Of a stretch of DNA of 64,000 nucleotides, positions 1 to 14,069 are shown one piece after another. The position numbers were made by a program, and so were the translations under genes. The first letter of the stretch is position 1. Each line of letters begins with the position of its first letter. Origin of the DNA: Chrysomallon squamiferum (Eukaryota; Animalia; Mollusca). The notes beneath the pieces were generated by a model. That model was not told the origin of the DNA and did no database searches. It saw nothing but the letters and a program-made list of their open reading frames with translations. The DNA lies in assembly GCA_012295275.1 (NCBI GenBank), contig CM022672.1:558001-622000 (forward strand). The letters run 5' to 3'.

Positions 1-212
1 ACTGTCAGACATATAAACTATTACCTCGAGTAATCTATTTGCATCATTGTCAGACATATAAATTATTACCTCGAGTCATCTGTTTGTATTAGTGTCAGAC
101 ATTTAAACTATTACCTCGAGTAATTTATTTGTATCTGTGTCAGACATTTAAACTATTACCTTGAGTAATCTATTTGCATCACTGTCAGACATATAAACTA
201 TTACCTCGAATA
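1..212. repeat. 45-bp tandem repeat, ~4.7 copies, truncated by the window start
   Basis: ACTGTCAGACATATAAACTATTACCTCGAGTAATCTATTTGCATC. Confidence 0.9.
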
Positions 213-219
213 ATCATTA

Positions 220-842
220 TTTCTTATTAATATCAGTTGTATTAACTCATCGGTGGTTAACAATGTTAGCTGTATAACATTATCTGTTATTAATAGCAGT
301 TGTATTACGTCATTAGTAGTTAACAAAATTAGCTTATAACATTATCTGTTATTAATAGCAGTTGTATTACGTCATCAGTAGTTAACAAAATTAGCTGTAT
401 AATATTATCTGTTATTAATAGCAGTTGTATTACGTCATTAGTAGTTAACAAAATTAGCTGTATAACATTATCTGTTATTAATAGCAGTTGTATTACGTCA
501 TTAGTAGTTAACAAAATTAGCTGTATAACATTATTCGTTATTAATAGCCGTTGTATTACGTCATCAGTAGTTAACAAAATTAGCTGTATAACATTATCTG
601 TTATTAATAGCAGCTGTATTACGTCATCAGTAGTTAACAAAATTAGCTGTATAACATTATTCGTTATTAATAGCCGTTGTATTACGTCATCAGTAGTTAA
701 CAAAATTAGCCGTATAACATTATTCGTTATTAATAGCCGTTGTATTACGTCATCAGTAGTTAACAAAATTAGCTGTATAACATTATGTGTTATTAATAGC
801 AGCTATATTACGTCATCAGTAGTTAACAATTAGCTGTATAAC
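220..842. repeat. ~60-bp tandem repeat, ~10 copies
   Basis: ...TTAATAGCAGTTGTATTACGTCATCAGTAGTTAACAAAATTAGCTGTATAACATTA...; explains the periodic ORF 329..766. Confidence 0.93.
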
Positions 843-865
843 AACAACAACAACAACAACAACAA

Positions 866-915
<50 letters not shown>

Positions 916-1539
916 TTATCTTAATCTGTTCACCCGATTTGAGACAACTCAGTCTGTCTTTTTTTCAGAAGCACTGCAGTTACGGACAGCTTTAGATTAC
1001 TCTCTTATTGTGAAATCCATCGCAGCTCTTGATACTTGCAGACTAATATTATTACAAACTGGCATTATGATCTATAGGAAATCTTTAATATTTAGAGGCA
1101 AACACTAGTTATGTGTGTGTTATCTTTAGACAGACATAATTAATAATTTGTTCATACTGTATTTCTAGGATGTAGAGGCAGTCATTCAGATTTGTTATCA
1201 GATGTTATGATATGTATGTACAAGCGCTACAAAACAAAGCATTGAAGACACTGCGATCTAAAGCTGTGCGTTATAATAGTAATATTCTCTGTGATCTTTA
1301 CCATTGTTAGTCATATAAAACTGTTATTATATAATTATATTATATAACAGTGCAATAGATTTGGACATTAATAACATTATATCTTAGTGTAAATAACGTT
1401 ATACAGTTAATATTGTTAATATTAGATAAGTAACACTATTATCCGTTAATAACAGTCGTATTATGTAACTTAATTTTAAAAATATTAGATATATCACACA
1501 ATAAATAATTATCAACATTCATATTATAGTACATAATTC

Positions 1540-2222
1540 TGCGTAACAATATTAGATATATAACACTATTAGTCATATTATACAACTTAGTGTAACAGTT
1601 TTAGATATATAACACTTTTAGTTATTGTCAGCAGTCCTATTATACAACTTAGTGTAACAGTTTTAAATATATAACACTTTTAGTTATTAATAACAGTCAT
1701 ATTATACAACTTAGTGTAACAGTTTTAGATATATAACACTTTTAGTTATTATCAACAGTCTTATTATACAACTTAGTGTAACAGTTTTAAATATATAACA
1801 CTTTTAGTTATTATCAACAGTCATATTATACAACTTAGTGTAACAGTTTTAAATATATAACACTATTAGTTATTAATAACAGTCATATTATACAACTTAG
1901 TGTAACAGTTCTAGATATATCTAGAACACTTTTAGTTATTATCAACAGTCATATTATACAACTTAGTGTAACAGTTTTAAATATATAACACTATTAGTTA
2001 TTAATAACAGTCATATTATACAACTTAGTGTAACAGTTTTAGATATATAACACTATTAGTTATTAATAACAGTCATATTATACAACTTAGTGTAACAGTT
2101 TTAGATATATAACACTTTTAGTTATTATCAACAGTCATATTATATTACACGTATAAAGTTTTAGATATATAACACTTTTAGTTATTATCAACAGTCATAT
2201 TATATTACACGTATAAAGTTTT
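1540..2222. repeat. ~60-bp tandem repeat, ~11 copies, related to the 220-842 array
   Basis: AACAGTCATATTATACAACTTAGTGTAACAGTTTTAGATATATAACACTTTTAGTTATT. Confidence 0.92.
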
Positions 2223-4005
2223 ATTTAAACGAATTAGAGTATAATTATCAGTCATTAAAAAAGAGTTAGTTGATAATCTGCATAAAACTGTTAACTGACA
2301 GTAACAGGCTTACAACAGTGCATAACTGTAAAAAGTATGAATTGTAAAGAGAATATCTCGTATTGATCAGTATTGAAATCTAGGACGCACTTATAGCGCA
2401 GTCATAGTATAGAATTACTATAAATAGAAAGCAGCTGTAATCTCATTTTAGATATGAAAACCTATAGGCAGATGTTGGGATATGTACACTAGTGTTACCT
2501 CCTTTGAGAGGCATTTCAATCAACAGGACAGTGTTATAATAATTAAATTTGGGGATACATTTCAATCTAAATTTCTATTAATATTTCAAACAAACACTAA
2601 AGAATTTATTTATTTATTTATTTTGAGACAGGAAGATGTTGAGAGCATATAAAATTTACATTTCAGCGTATCGACATAAATTATAAAAAAGTTTAAAATC
2701 TTCAAGGCACCTCGTTGTCATAGCAACAAAGGATAAAACTGCCATAAAAAAAAAGAAGAAAAAAAAGTAAAATCTGAATTATACCAAAAATAAAACACCA
2801 AAAAAAAAAAAAAAAAAAAAAGACTAATGTCGATATGTTTTCATGTTGTATCCGCTTTATGTTTAATAATAAATTTAATTAAAACAATGAGTTCAGACGT
2901 AAGCTTTGAAATAAATATGTAAAGTTTATAAAACACGTTTATATGTCAGCTTTTACAATAAAATATATATTACGTATATAATAAAATTATTATGATTATA
3001 ATATTGAAATGTACAAAAAAAATATTAGAAATTATAGAAGGACGGATATTGAATGAATAATTAACAAATGATTAACAAAGTAAATATATTACTGACATCT
3101 GTAAAAATAATAAGGTACCGTTTAAACATATATTTATATACAAGAACAAATATAAACATTATTTACACTGAGATATGATGAAGTTAACAAAAAGGAATTT
3201 TATGTCAGATAGATGTTGAAATAATAAGACAACCTACCACACATATAATTTATACATGTTGAAACAATAAAGTCAACTATTTAAATATTATCATTTTATA
3301 GAAATAATAAGGCAACACGTGATACATATATTTTTATGCAGTCGATATAGGACGGAATAGTAATATACTTTAAAATAATAAAGTTAATAAAAATGTATTC
3401 TCTGCACTAGCTATATATAATAAGGGTATAATTATTCACACATCAAAAATACCAAGGTCGACACATAAAGGATATAAGTATATTTTAGATAATAATTTTT
3501 ACTACTTTTTTTTAATGAAAATAAAAATGTTTGAAAGATTTAATACAATTTACTTGTAGAAATAATAAAATAATGTATGCAATTTATATGTCTGCTTCTG
3601 TTTGTATGTATATATGTATGTACGTATGTATGTATATATGTATCTTTGCGTGTTTGTTGTTATGCTTGTATGTGTGTTAAGTATGTATATGCGTGAATAT
3701 GTATGTATTTATGTACGTACATATGTATGGGTGTATGTATATCTGAAATAATATAGTTACGTAAAATATTTAATTATATGTACTTGTAGAACTATGAGCT
3801 AAGTAAAGTAAATAACTGATAGGTTTAAGATGAGACAGTAAATATTAGAGACGTCTCGAGAATCAGTTTTAGAATAAGAAGAGTAACAACCGTGTCTTGT
3901 GTTTTGAAGCTGTTCAGATCTGCTGCTTGTTTAGTTCTGTTCCTAACAACTTAAGCCAAATGAAGCTTATCAACGACTAAAAACGTCACTGGAATAAAAT
4001 CTTAC

Positions 4006-4136
4006 CTTGTCGCTCTGTCTCCTCTCTCACGCAGAGAAAACGGTGTTTGCGGCAGCGCACACGTGTGTGTCGACGTCAGACGCAAGTGGGAATATGGAGG
4101 AAACTCTGAGACGACGGCTGACTGTTTCTATTTATA
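4006..4136 (-). promoter_or_regulatory. Candidate TATA promoter plus non-coding first exon of a minus-strand gene extending leftward
   Basis: TATAAATA at 4136-4129, then a CpG-rich ATG-less segment of ~100 nt ending in a strong donor AAG|GTAAGA at 4006/4005. Confidence 0.5.
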
Positions 4137-4728
4137 GTCTCGCTCTGATCGATATTCGATCTGCTTCTGTGAAATGATTTCAATCTCGCAGAAAGATAAA
4201 CACACGTTATCACCATGCATGTTTCAGTGTCATTGACAGCCTCATTGTTGTCGTCTTTGTCAACGATGTCACTGTTGTTGTTGTTCGTTTAGTGTAAAGT
4301 TAATGTTTTAAATTAGAGTCAGCCATGTTGTCCACTGTCAGCGTTTTTGTATCAGTTAGCAATGTTGTCGTTGTACATGTTTTATGACAAATACCATTAA
4401 TGTTGTTGCTGTTATTGTTTTAACAACAGTATTAGTTAATATCTTTATAGTAAAATCTCAGTCTACAGTTAAATTCTAATCTGGTTTGTCAGTTGTCATA
4501 TTTTATTTAATTACAGACACCAGACTTCTCTCTTTTACTGCTTCTTCTTCTTCTTCTTTTTTTTTTTATTCTTAAATTTCCTGTTAGTCATTTGTTTTTG
4601 GTTACATACAAAACACTCTTACATATATAACAAAGAGAAATTAAAAACAGAAAAAAGTCATCATCATCATCATAAATAACAACTGTAAGAACATCATCAT
4701 CATCCTCAACAACAACAACAATAATAAT

Positions 4729-5010
4729 GGTACCGGAAGTGTTTGAATTTCAGAATTTTTCGGATTGTAGAATATAAGGAGATAGCTTCGAACTCGGATC
4801 TAAGACTAAATATGAATTCCATTTATATTTCCTACACGGTTTATACAGATGGTCTGCAGGTTTTTTTTATATAATATTTTTAAATAATTTTTTGCTTAAA
4901 ATAAGGTTTGTGTATGCAAAATATTCCTAAAATTGTAATATTTATGCTTCTGGGAAAATGTTTCTGATTACGGAACTTTTCGAATTTCGAAATTTCGGAT
5001 AATGAATCCT
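4729..5010. mobile_element. Tigger4/MER46-like (pogo/Tc1-mariner) non-autonomous DNA transposon remnant
   Basis: GGTACCGGAAGTGTTTGAATTTCAGAATTTTTTCGGATT...TTCGAATTTCGAAATTTCGGATAA resembles the Tigger4b/MER46 consensus as I recall it (not searched). Confidence 0.55.
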
Positions 5011-5101
5011 ATGTGGGTAACTGTGGTTCTCTCAGTTAAGTGGGCTAAGTTACAACAGATAACTGACTTAGGTGTAGAATCAAATAAACTTAGATTTGTG
5101 C

Positions 5102-5145
<44 letters not shown>

Positions 5146-5599
5146 CAGCACAAAAAAGAACTAATTGACAAAAATTAAGCAACAGAATTTTTATGATGAT
5201 AATGGTGAGGATTATAATAACAAACAAAGAAATGTTATTTTTAACAACATACATTTTTTTTTTTTTTTAAATGAAAATACATTTTCTACTTTTCTAGCGA
5301 AAGCTGACATAATCTCTTACTAAAACGATTTCGTTTGATGTTTATTGGCTTTGTATAAAAGATTACTTTCAGCATCAACCGGAAGTTTTGTTTTGTAAAG
5401 ATATATCAGAGGATTTAAAGAGATTAACGCTACTGATCTGGAAAGTGATTACTGCTAATGGGGCAGAGACAGAAAGCAGGAAATGTTTGGGATTTTAACG
5501 CGTTGATATTAATGTATTATGTGATGCAACGTTCTTTTCCTACTGTCACTTCCATTCAGTTTAAACAACGTGTTTTTCAATCAGTGAAAAAGTATTGAT

Positions 5600-5875
5600 A
5601 TAACAGCACCATCACAACCACTACTACTACTACTATTACTACTACTACCACTACAACCACCATCACCACTACTGCTATTATTAATACTACTACTAGTACC
5701 ACCACCATCACCACCACTACTACTATTACTATTAATACTACTACCACCGCTACCACCACCACTACTGCTACTATTACTACTACCACTACTATTAGTATTA
5801 CTATTATTACTATAGCGACCACTTTTACTAGTTGTGCTACTGCTACTACTACTATTACCACTATCACAATGATTA
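5600..5875. repeat. (ACT/ACC/ATT)n low-complexity trinucleotide tract
   Basis: Seen directly; produces a spurious Val/Ile ORF. Confidence 0.85.
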
Positions 5876-5951
5876 CTTGGATTTTGTTTTTCTTGTTTAT
5901 AGCGAAGGAGACCAAACTTTCATAACAATAAAACATTTCAGATTTTCTTTT

Positions 5952-5987
<36 letters not shown>

Positions 5988-7382
5988 AAATTAGTTTTTG
6001 TTAAAAACTAATCAGATTTTAACATTGTGTCGCAAACTGAAAATAAAAAGCTGAAAGTTAGTGTTTATAAGCTGTTTTTGTGAAGATCACAGATTTTGTT
6101 CTAGTAATTGGAGGAAGGACATAAAAGAAATACGTGTGTTCTATGTCCAGAAAGCGGTAATCATATTATAAACAAAAGAAGTACATTTCCAAATTGCAAG
6201 TTAATAGATAACATATCTGTTTTTATAAGTAAATTAATTTGTCAAAAAAAAAACCCCTAAATAAATAGAATAAAATAAAACAAAATAAAATACAATAAAA
6301 AAAACTACTAACGACTGCTGTATGTATTTTTAGGCTTTGAAAATTTTCTGTCTTATGTACGTCTGAATAGACTCTGCATATAGACAATATTCGGGAACGC
6401 ACTGCCGTAGGAGGACACAGTCCAATCACGACCTTACAAACCCGCCAGAGGTTTATTCCCGATTCTGGCATTCCCGAATCTGGCAGTGAGATTATATCTT
6501 ACCTTAATTGCACACGCCAGTTGTTCTATTTCTGGCAGTGTATTGCTCACCCTTACTGATTGGTGTTCAGTCACCTTAATTGATGTACTTTTCTTAAACA
6601 GTATGTTGACCACAGTTTGAAAGCAATTCAGTTATACTTTAGACACGAAATGTCCCAGAAAGCAGTCCACCCCAAGCTGAAAAGTAGGAAGCAGTGTCCC
6701 GGGTACACGTGACGTACTCCAATCCCAGCTGGAAGAGCTTGTACTTTTTCCTTTTGGTAGTATTTCCTGTCTCCAAATTTTACTGAGATAGAACATTAAT
6801 TTCATGTCTACAAACATTAATTTTCTTGCAATCTCTTTTCCGGCTCACCTCTTCTCTTCACTGCTCATTAAGGTTAATCTCGTTAATCGCCCCCCTCTGT
6901 TCTTCACACATCTTGTTATGCCCATGCCTCTAAATTGGCCTTAATTGCTCACCTCCAGTTTTCCCATTTCTGGAAGCGGATTGCCAGTTTTTGCAACGCT
7001 TACCCCGTCAATCTGAAACTGCCAGTTAATAATAAAAAAAAAAAAATAAAAAATAAAATAAAATAAAATAAAATAAAATAAAATAAAATAAAATAAAGAA
7101 TAAGAAATAAAAATAATAATAAAATAATAAATGATAATATTAGTTGTAATAATGTGATGTTTTAGTTCATCTGTAATTCATGTTCTATTGCAATACTAGC
7201 AATTTTTATCAATGATTATTACTGTTATTTAATAAAATCTTAAAATAAAATATATTATTGACCAAGTGGTGTAACAAATAGAAAACCTGCTTTTATATTT
7301 AATTAATTAATAGCTTATATCTGCCACAATAGTTTTATCTTCAAAAATCAATTTAATTTGTAATAGTACCAAAATATATTTC

Positions 7383-7422
<40 letters not shown>

Positions 7423-7504
7423 CCTCAGTGTCAGTCTGTTGGCTTGACTGTCAGCTTGTCTATCAGTGTTTCTGACCAGCAGTAATTGTTACATGTCAGT
7501 GACA

Positions 7505-7570
7505 AAGGCTGGAATGGGAAACAGCCCAAATGGAGCCCCGTGAAGGGTTGATCTTGTGGCCAGACACGTG
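7505..7570. mobile_element. Fragment of an abundant gastropod-type SINE-like repeat
   Basis: GGCTGGAATGGGAAACAGCCCAAATGGAGCCCCGTGAAGGGTTGATC resembles a recalled mollusc SINE segment. Confidence 0.35.
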
Positions 7571-7856
7571 ACTACAGAAAGATGATTAAAACACAAGCAG
7601 ACGATTTCCTGGTTTCACGTGGCGCTAACCACAATACTTGAGATTTACATTAATAAAAATACGTTGCTTAATCACTGGTGATGACAACGTCGTTACCGAA
7701 AATTGTCGACGTTATTGCTGAAGACGCGAATTAGACACGCGCAGATCCACTTAGTACGTCGTTACAGATGTTTGTCATATTTACTTCTAGTTTAACTGTA
7801 GTCACCTTGGTTACAGGCAAATCCACTATACTTCACTGTACTTCCTTTTTAGTCGT

Positions 7857-7904
<48 letters not shown>

Positions 7905-8901
7905 TTAATAATAATAATAATTATTATTATTATAGTGATAATGATGATGAAAATAATGATGATGATGATGATAATGATAATAATGATGATAATAATACTA
8001 TTCGATCTTAATCATCGTTATAAACATTTTATTGGCTTGTTAACAGATTAGAAACGAATAAAATAATGACATAATTTATTGTTAAAAATACGATGTTTAT
8101 TAATACCGACACAACAGAAAATAACACACGAGTCAAATTGATCTTCTTTTCAAATTTCAACATTTTTTTTTTTTTTTTTTTTTTTTTTGCTTTATTTATA
8201 ATCTTTCTTTGCACAAAAAAAAAAGTAAATAAAAAATAAAAATAAAAATTAATATAAAAATTTAAAAAAAGGAGAAAAATAATTTAAAAGTGTACAAAAT
8301 AATAATAATAATAATAAAATTGGAAAAGTTAAAATGAAAATTAAAAACTGTATCATGACTATGGTTTCCAAGCTGAATTTCGAAGTGAGAGACAACTAGA
8401 TAAGAAGTTAAGTCTTCAATTTCCCTGAAGGAATTTTCCGACATGTAATATCGTAGGCGGAAATGAGTGCTGGACGTGGAGGGAATACACACATCTCGCA
8501 TTATCGAGACATTTTGCCGTAAAGCCACCGTGATTAACGAGACCATTAAATGCAATTTGTATCTGTATTAATTTCTCTAACTTATCCGTGTTAATGTGAT
8601 ATTTGATGAAAGTTTATCCGTTTTAATATGTTATTTTGTACATGTTATCAGTAATATGATATTTTGTGTAAGTTATTCGTATTAATATCGTATTTTTTTA
8701 TAAGTTATTCGTATTAATGTGATTTTTATGAAAGTTTAGTTGTATTAATGTGATATGTTGTGTAAGTTATTAGTACTGCTATGATATTTGGTGAAAGTTA
8801 CCCGTATCAGTTATTTGTGTATGTAATTCGTAGTGATCACGCATTTGGTGTGAAATTCAAAACTGTATAGAGGTCACTTATAATATTACTCTTAAAGCAT
8901 G

Positions 8902-8957
<56 letters not shown>

Positions 8958-10684
8958 TGCATGCCAGTATTCAGTAAAGTACATACCACAGTCATTGATA
9001 TACCATTCGCGGTCACTGGCTGAATGCGAAATAATTTAGTCAGTGTCTCAGTGATTGAACTCACACACTACTTTGACGACACGAGACGCTGGTAATTCTT
9101 GTGATCGTGTCCTCTTTTAGATTACAATTTGTCTCACTCAGAATACTCACTTTGTGGCCACCAGTTTATTTTCAACAAATAAAAGATAACGAGGCACATT
9201 TATTCTTAGCTGTTGATTAACAGGGTACTTTGATACACTGCACAGAGGCGGTGTTTGGGAATAGTTACAAATCTGCCTAATTGTGATATCAACAGAGAAG
9301 TAATTGTAACAGAAATTCATGCAGAAAAAATGTCTATTTTCACTGGAGTGGTTTTCAGTCTACATCATCATCAGCGGACGGACACGCAGTCAGTCGCCAT
9401 GTAGATGAATTAGAGACTTATTACATGACCTTGAACTAATTAACTGACCTCTGTATAGTTCAGAATCTGCTGTGTATGACTAGGTGTTTATAATTTGTTA
9501 TTACTACCTCAGTCAAATATAATTTACATTTTTAGTTTCACTTGGATCAGTGTCCATCAAGATTTGGTTTCGAAAGTTCAGGCACTAAAGGACTAATGAT
9601 GTAAAAAAAAAAAGAAAATAATTAAAAAAAAAAAAAAAAAAAAAACATCAAAAAAAAAAAAAAAAAACAAAAAAAAAAAAAGTAAAGAAAAAAGAAAGAA
9701 ATAATAACAACAATAAGAACAAATTTAACTTTTCTATTTAAAACACTTGTTCAAACTTATAATTACCACCCTTGTGATCTTTTCTTTTTTCGTTTTTAAT
9801 GTCTATTTCTTTTTCTTTAGAGATGTTGTTTCTCCTATCAGTTTCAGTACGCGAATCTCTAAAAACCACAGAAATATCTCCACATTGCCTGATCCTCAGC
9901 CCGGTATGAACCTGTAAACTGAAAATTGCTTCAAGTGGGCAGCAGCTACATGTTATACAGTGATAATTACTGGTATCCAGGGAGACTTTTGAAGAATCTT
10001 GGAGCTAGTCACACCCACTTTGTGGTTTAGAAAAACCTTTGCGTGACTCGTGATCGTAGCATTTTATTATAATAATATATTATGATCTGGCGTACCACAA
10101 CATTGCATGATGATATCGCATGGTAACATTATATGTTTTGTCGTGTGATAACGTTGTATCATGACGTCGTATATCATTGTATCATGATATCGTATGATAT
10201 CAGTGCGTGACGATGTCTTATGATAATACTGAATCATGACGTCGTATATCATTGTATCATGATATCCTATAATAACATTGTTTCCCAATGTATGATATCA
10301 TTATGATATTGCACAACATTATACTACGATGTCGGTATAACATAGCATCATAATGTCATATGATAACATTGTAATATAGTCAAGAAGGAGAATATATAAA
10401 TGTTGACTATTTTTCTGTTTTATTATTTATGCAGATGGAGTGGACTAAATTAAGTTTATTTTCGAACATTCGGAAAGCAGAGGGAATGTGATGACTGGCA
10501 GGAAAAAGGAATAAAGACTAACATGCAAAGTGTTGTTTAGTTCTTTTCGTAATGTGATAAAACTTTTCACACCAACATCGAATGCTTTTAAAATAACTGT
10601 ATTAACAGACAAAACCACTTAGACTTAAACACTGCTGAAAACAGAAAATAACACGTCGTTGTGTGTAATTTCTTGTTCTTGGTC

Positions 10685-11215
10685 ACGTAACGTACAGTTT
10701 TATGTCACATACTGTATAATGTACGCTGTTATGTCACGTGTTGTATAACGTACAGTTTTATGTCACATACTGTATAATGTACGCTATTATGTCACGTGTT
10801 GTATAACGTACAGTTTTATGTCACATACTGTATAATGTACGCTTTTATAAGGTACAGTTTTATGTCACATATTGTATAATGTACGCTATTATGTCACTTG
10901 TTGTATAACGTACAGTTTTATGTCAAACGTATAATGTAGTTTTATGTCACGTATTGTATAACGTACAGTTTTATATCACATATTGTATAATGTACGCTAT
11001 TATGTCACTTGTTGTATAACGTAGTTTTATGTCACGTACAATGTAGTTTTATGTCACGTGTTGTATAACGAACAATTTTATGACACGTATTGTATAACGT
11101 ACAGTTTTGTATCATATATTGTATAATGTACGGTTTTATGTCACATGTATGAAGTTTTATGTCACGTGTTGTATAATTTTATGACACGTATAGTTTTATG
11201 TATTGTATAATGTAC
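10685..11215. repeat. ~29-bp minisatellite with an alternating dimeric pattern
   Basis: TGTATAACGTACAGTTTTATGTCACATAC / TGTATAATGTACGCTATTATGTCACGTGT. Confidence 0.88.
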
Positions 11216-11509
11216 AGCCAGGAACGGCTGGAAATATCAGCAACTCGAGAATTAGCCTAGTTGGGGCTTCTGCTAGATGGCGTCATCTGATGTTTTTCAG
11301 ATGTTCAGAAGATAAGCTTTAATAAGTATCAAGATTCGATAATTCCTTGACTGGAATTAAACTGTACAGAATCTCATTGTTAATTTTTAAAGTTTTGGGA
11401 TTAAACTGAAAAAGAACTGAGGTAGTAAATTTTCACGACTGCATCTCGTGCGCTGGTATTAAAATGCCCCGGGACGCAGAAACCACTGGGTTGGCCCTGT
11501 CAACAGTTG

Positions 11510-11880
11510 ACAGTTTTGTCACGTACTGTATTATGTACATATGTCAGATATTTTGTATCATGTATTTTTATGTGATATATTGCACAATGCACAATTGTGT
11601 CAGATATTGCATAATGCAGTTTTATGTCACATACTGTATCATGTAAAGATTTTTTTCACATATTATATGATGCACAGATTTATGTCACATATTTTATCAT
11701 GTACAGATTTATGTCACATATTGTAACGTACAGATTTGTCACATTGTATCATGTAAAGATTTTTGTCACATATTATAACATGCACAGATTTGTCACATAT
11801 TTTATCATGTACAGATTTGTCACATACTGTATCATGTACAGATTTGTAACATATTGTATCATGATTTATGTCACAACGTA
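11510..11880. repeat. Related ~27-30-bp minisatellite
   Basis: ATCATGTACAGATTTGTCACATATTGT units. Confidence 0.85.
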
Positions 11881-13122
11881 ATTTATTCTATTATTAACAA
11901 CATGCATGATGTATCTATATACCCGATCACCGTCTTCGAAACATCCATGTTCAATCAATTAGTTTTATGTTTTCATATTCAGAGTTTTTCAAAAGTAGTT
12001 AAAAAGGAATCAGATAACAAAAGATCAAAAGACGCGGGAAATCGAACCAAATTGTCTGCCACAGCGGAATGGCGTGCGGTCCAATAATAGACAGAACTGC
12101 ATCGACTGCCACAAGCAAACAACACTGCTCAGCTCGCGTCAAATCAGAGAACTGAGTTATTTTAGGTTAATGGATCCACTGGGGCTTTCATACACGGCTG
12201 GAATGTTTGTCTTGTGAAATAAAATATCTCTTCATTATTATGACACTCAGTACACATGCGCGGTCTAGATCACTTCCGTTTTTTTTTATTTCATTTATTT
12301 TTTATTTATTTATTTATTAAATTTATTAAATAACAAAGAGCAATTTTATTATTCTAATTTTTATAAATTAGTTTTCAAATAATTTACTTAGGAATACAGA
12401 CAAGTAGATAATGAAGTATTTATTGTCGTGCGCAGTACGGAAGTAAAAGAGACTCAAGGGAGGAGATGCTGGTTAACCCTACTGATCAAAGGCTAAACGT
12501 TACTTACAAATTAATACAAAAAAACAGCAACAACTACGACAACAAAAAACGACGCAGCCAGAGTCTCACGCAGTAGAATATCTTCCAACAAAATAAATAA
12601 ATAAACATCTGAAATAAGTATCTGAAAGTTGTTCAAATTAAGACAAATATATGCATCAGCTTTACCAAGCTCAGGTTGAAATGCGATATACGGCAGGACA
12701 GAGCCTTGCCGCACTGCGCCATTGTAACATAAAGCATTTATCTGTGACCTGCCATTTCCTACATACATACATGTTCAGTTATGTACATTTTTTATGTAAA
12801 TGTTATGTAAAATAAATTTTACGTTAGAACCATCATGTAAAAGCTTTTATCTTAAAACGGATTTTATCTCGATTTTTTTCCAGCGTTTTTTTTTCACGGT
12901 TATGTAATTCTATTTTATTTTAAAATGCCGCTACCTTTATCCATTAATTGTAACAGACATCTGACTGAAGTATTCAGAGTTAAATCATGAGGTACTGTTA
13001 TTGCTTTTTGTTATAAAAGAGATCTGTATCAGCTGGAATCTGTATAGAAAAAAAATAAAAATCAAATAAAAAATAATATTAAAAAATAGTATTAAAAAAA
13101 AAAAAATAAAAAAAATAAAATA

Positions 13123-13243
<121 letters not shown>

Positions 13244-14069
13244 TGAAATCAGTAATCTATCTATCTATCTATATATGTAATACAAGAATTATAACAAGTA
13301 AATGGAAAAAGAAATATCAATAAAATATAAATATAATAATAATAACGAATTATGATTTTGTGAACAGTAAGTATGGTATGAACAATTATTGTAAAATGTT
13401 AATAGCTGTATCCTGTATAAAAACATAACAGAGAAGAGAACCAGTTAATAAGAAAATGTTTTATTAAAATATACTGCATGTGGCATACAGAACTTTATAA
13501 AGAAAATACTGTGGATGTTACTGACAAACGCCCACTGACTGTTGCAGTCATACTGAATATTCAGACATACTTAATTCATGTAAAAAACCCAACCTTCAAG
13601 TAAAATATTTAAACAAAATCTATACCTCTGACAATAAGACATTTAAATTACTTTACACCTCAGATATCTGTGCAGATTTCTCGCTGATTTATACCAAAAC
13701 ACATTTCACCATTTATCATTCCCATTAACATCATTATTATTACTAATTTTTCTTGAAGAAATTTAAAAAGAAAAAGAAAAAAGAAATGGAGATGCTTAAT
13801 TATATTTTAAAAATGAAACATATTCTGCTAAAATGCATGTGTTATATAGAAATAAAGAAACATGTAACAGAAAATACCCTGTGTAGTGTAATACTATTAT
13901 GTTGCTATAGTGATTAAATACGTTACTGTCTAGTCAGACAATGAGTGGTGACACTGTGACTATCAAATGAGCAGTCACTGTACTTGAATTATTCAAATTT
14001 CACCCACATTCTGGCAACGACTGCTATGTTAACAACTGGCAAACTGTGTATTTTACTTGTATTAATGTT

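Noticed and set aside
329-766. 145-aa periodic ORF
   Set aside because: Translation of a tandem repeat; no splice or homology support.
5577-5981. Val/Ile-rich ORF and similar microsatellite ORFs (51453-52005, 56107-56388, 59878-61123)
   Set aside because: Low-complexity repeat translations.
12030-12095. tRNA gene on the minus strand (B-box-like GGTTCGATTTCC)
   Set aside because: No foldable cloverleaf or clear A-box; at most a decayed tRNA-derived SINE head.
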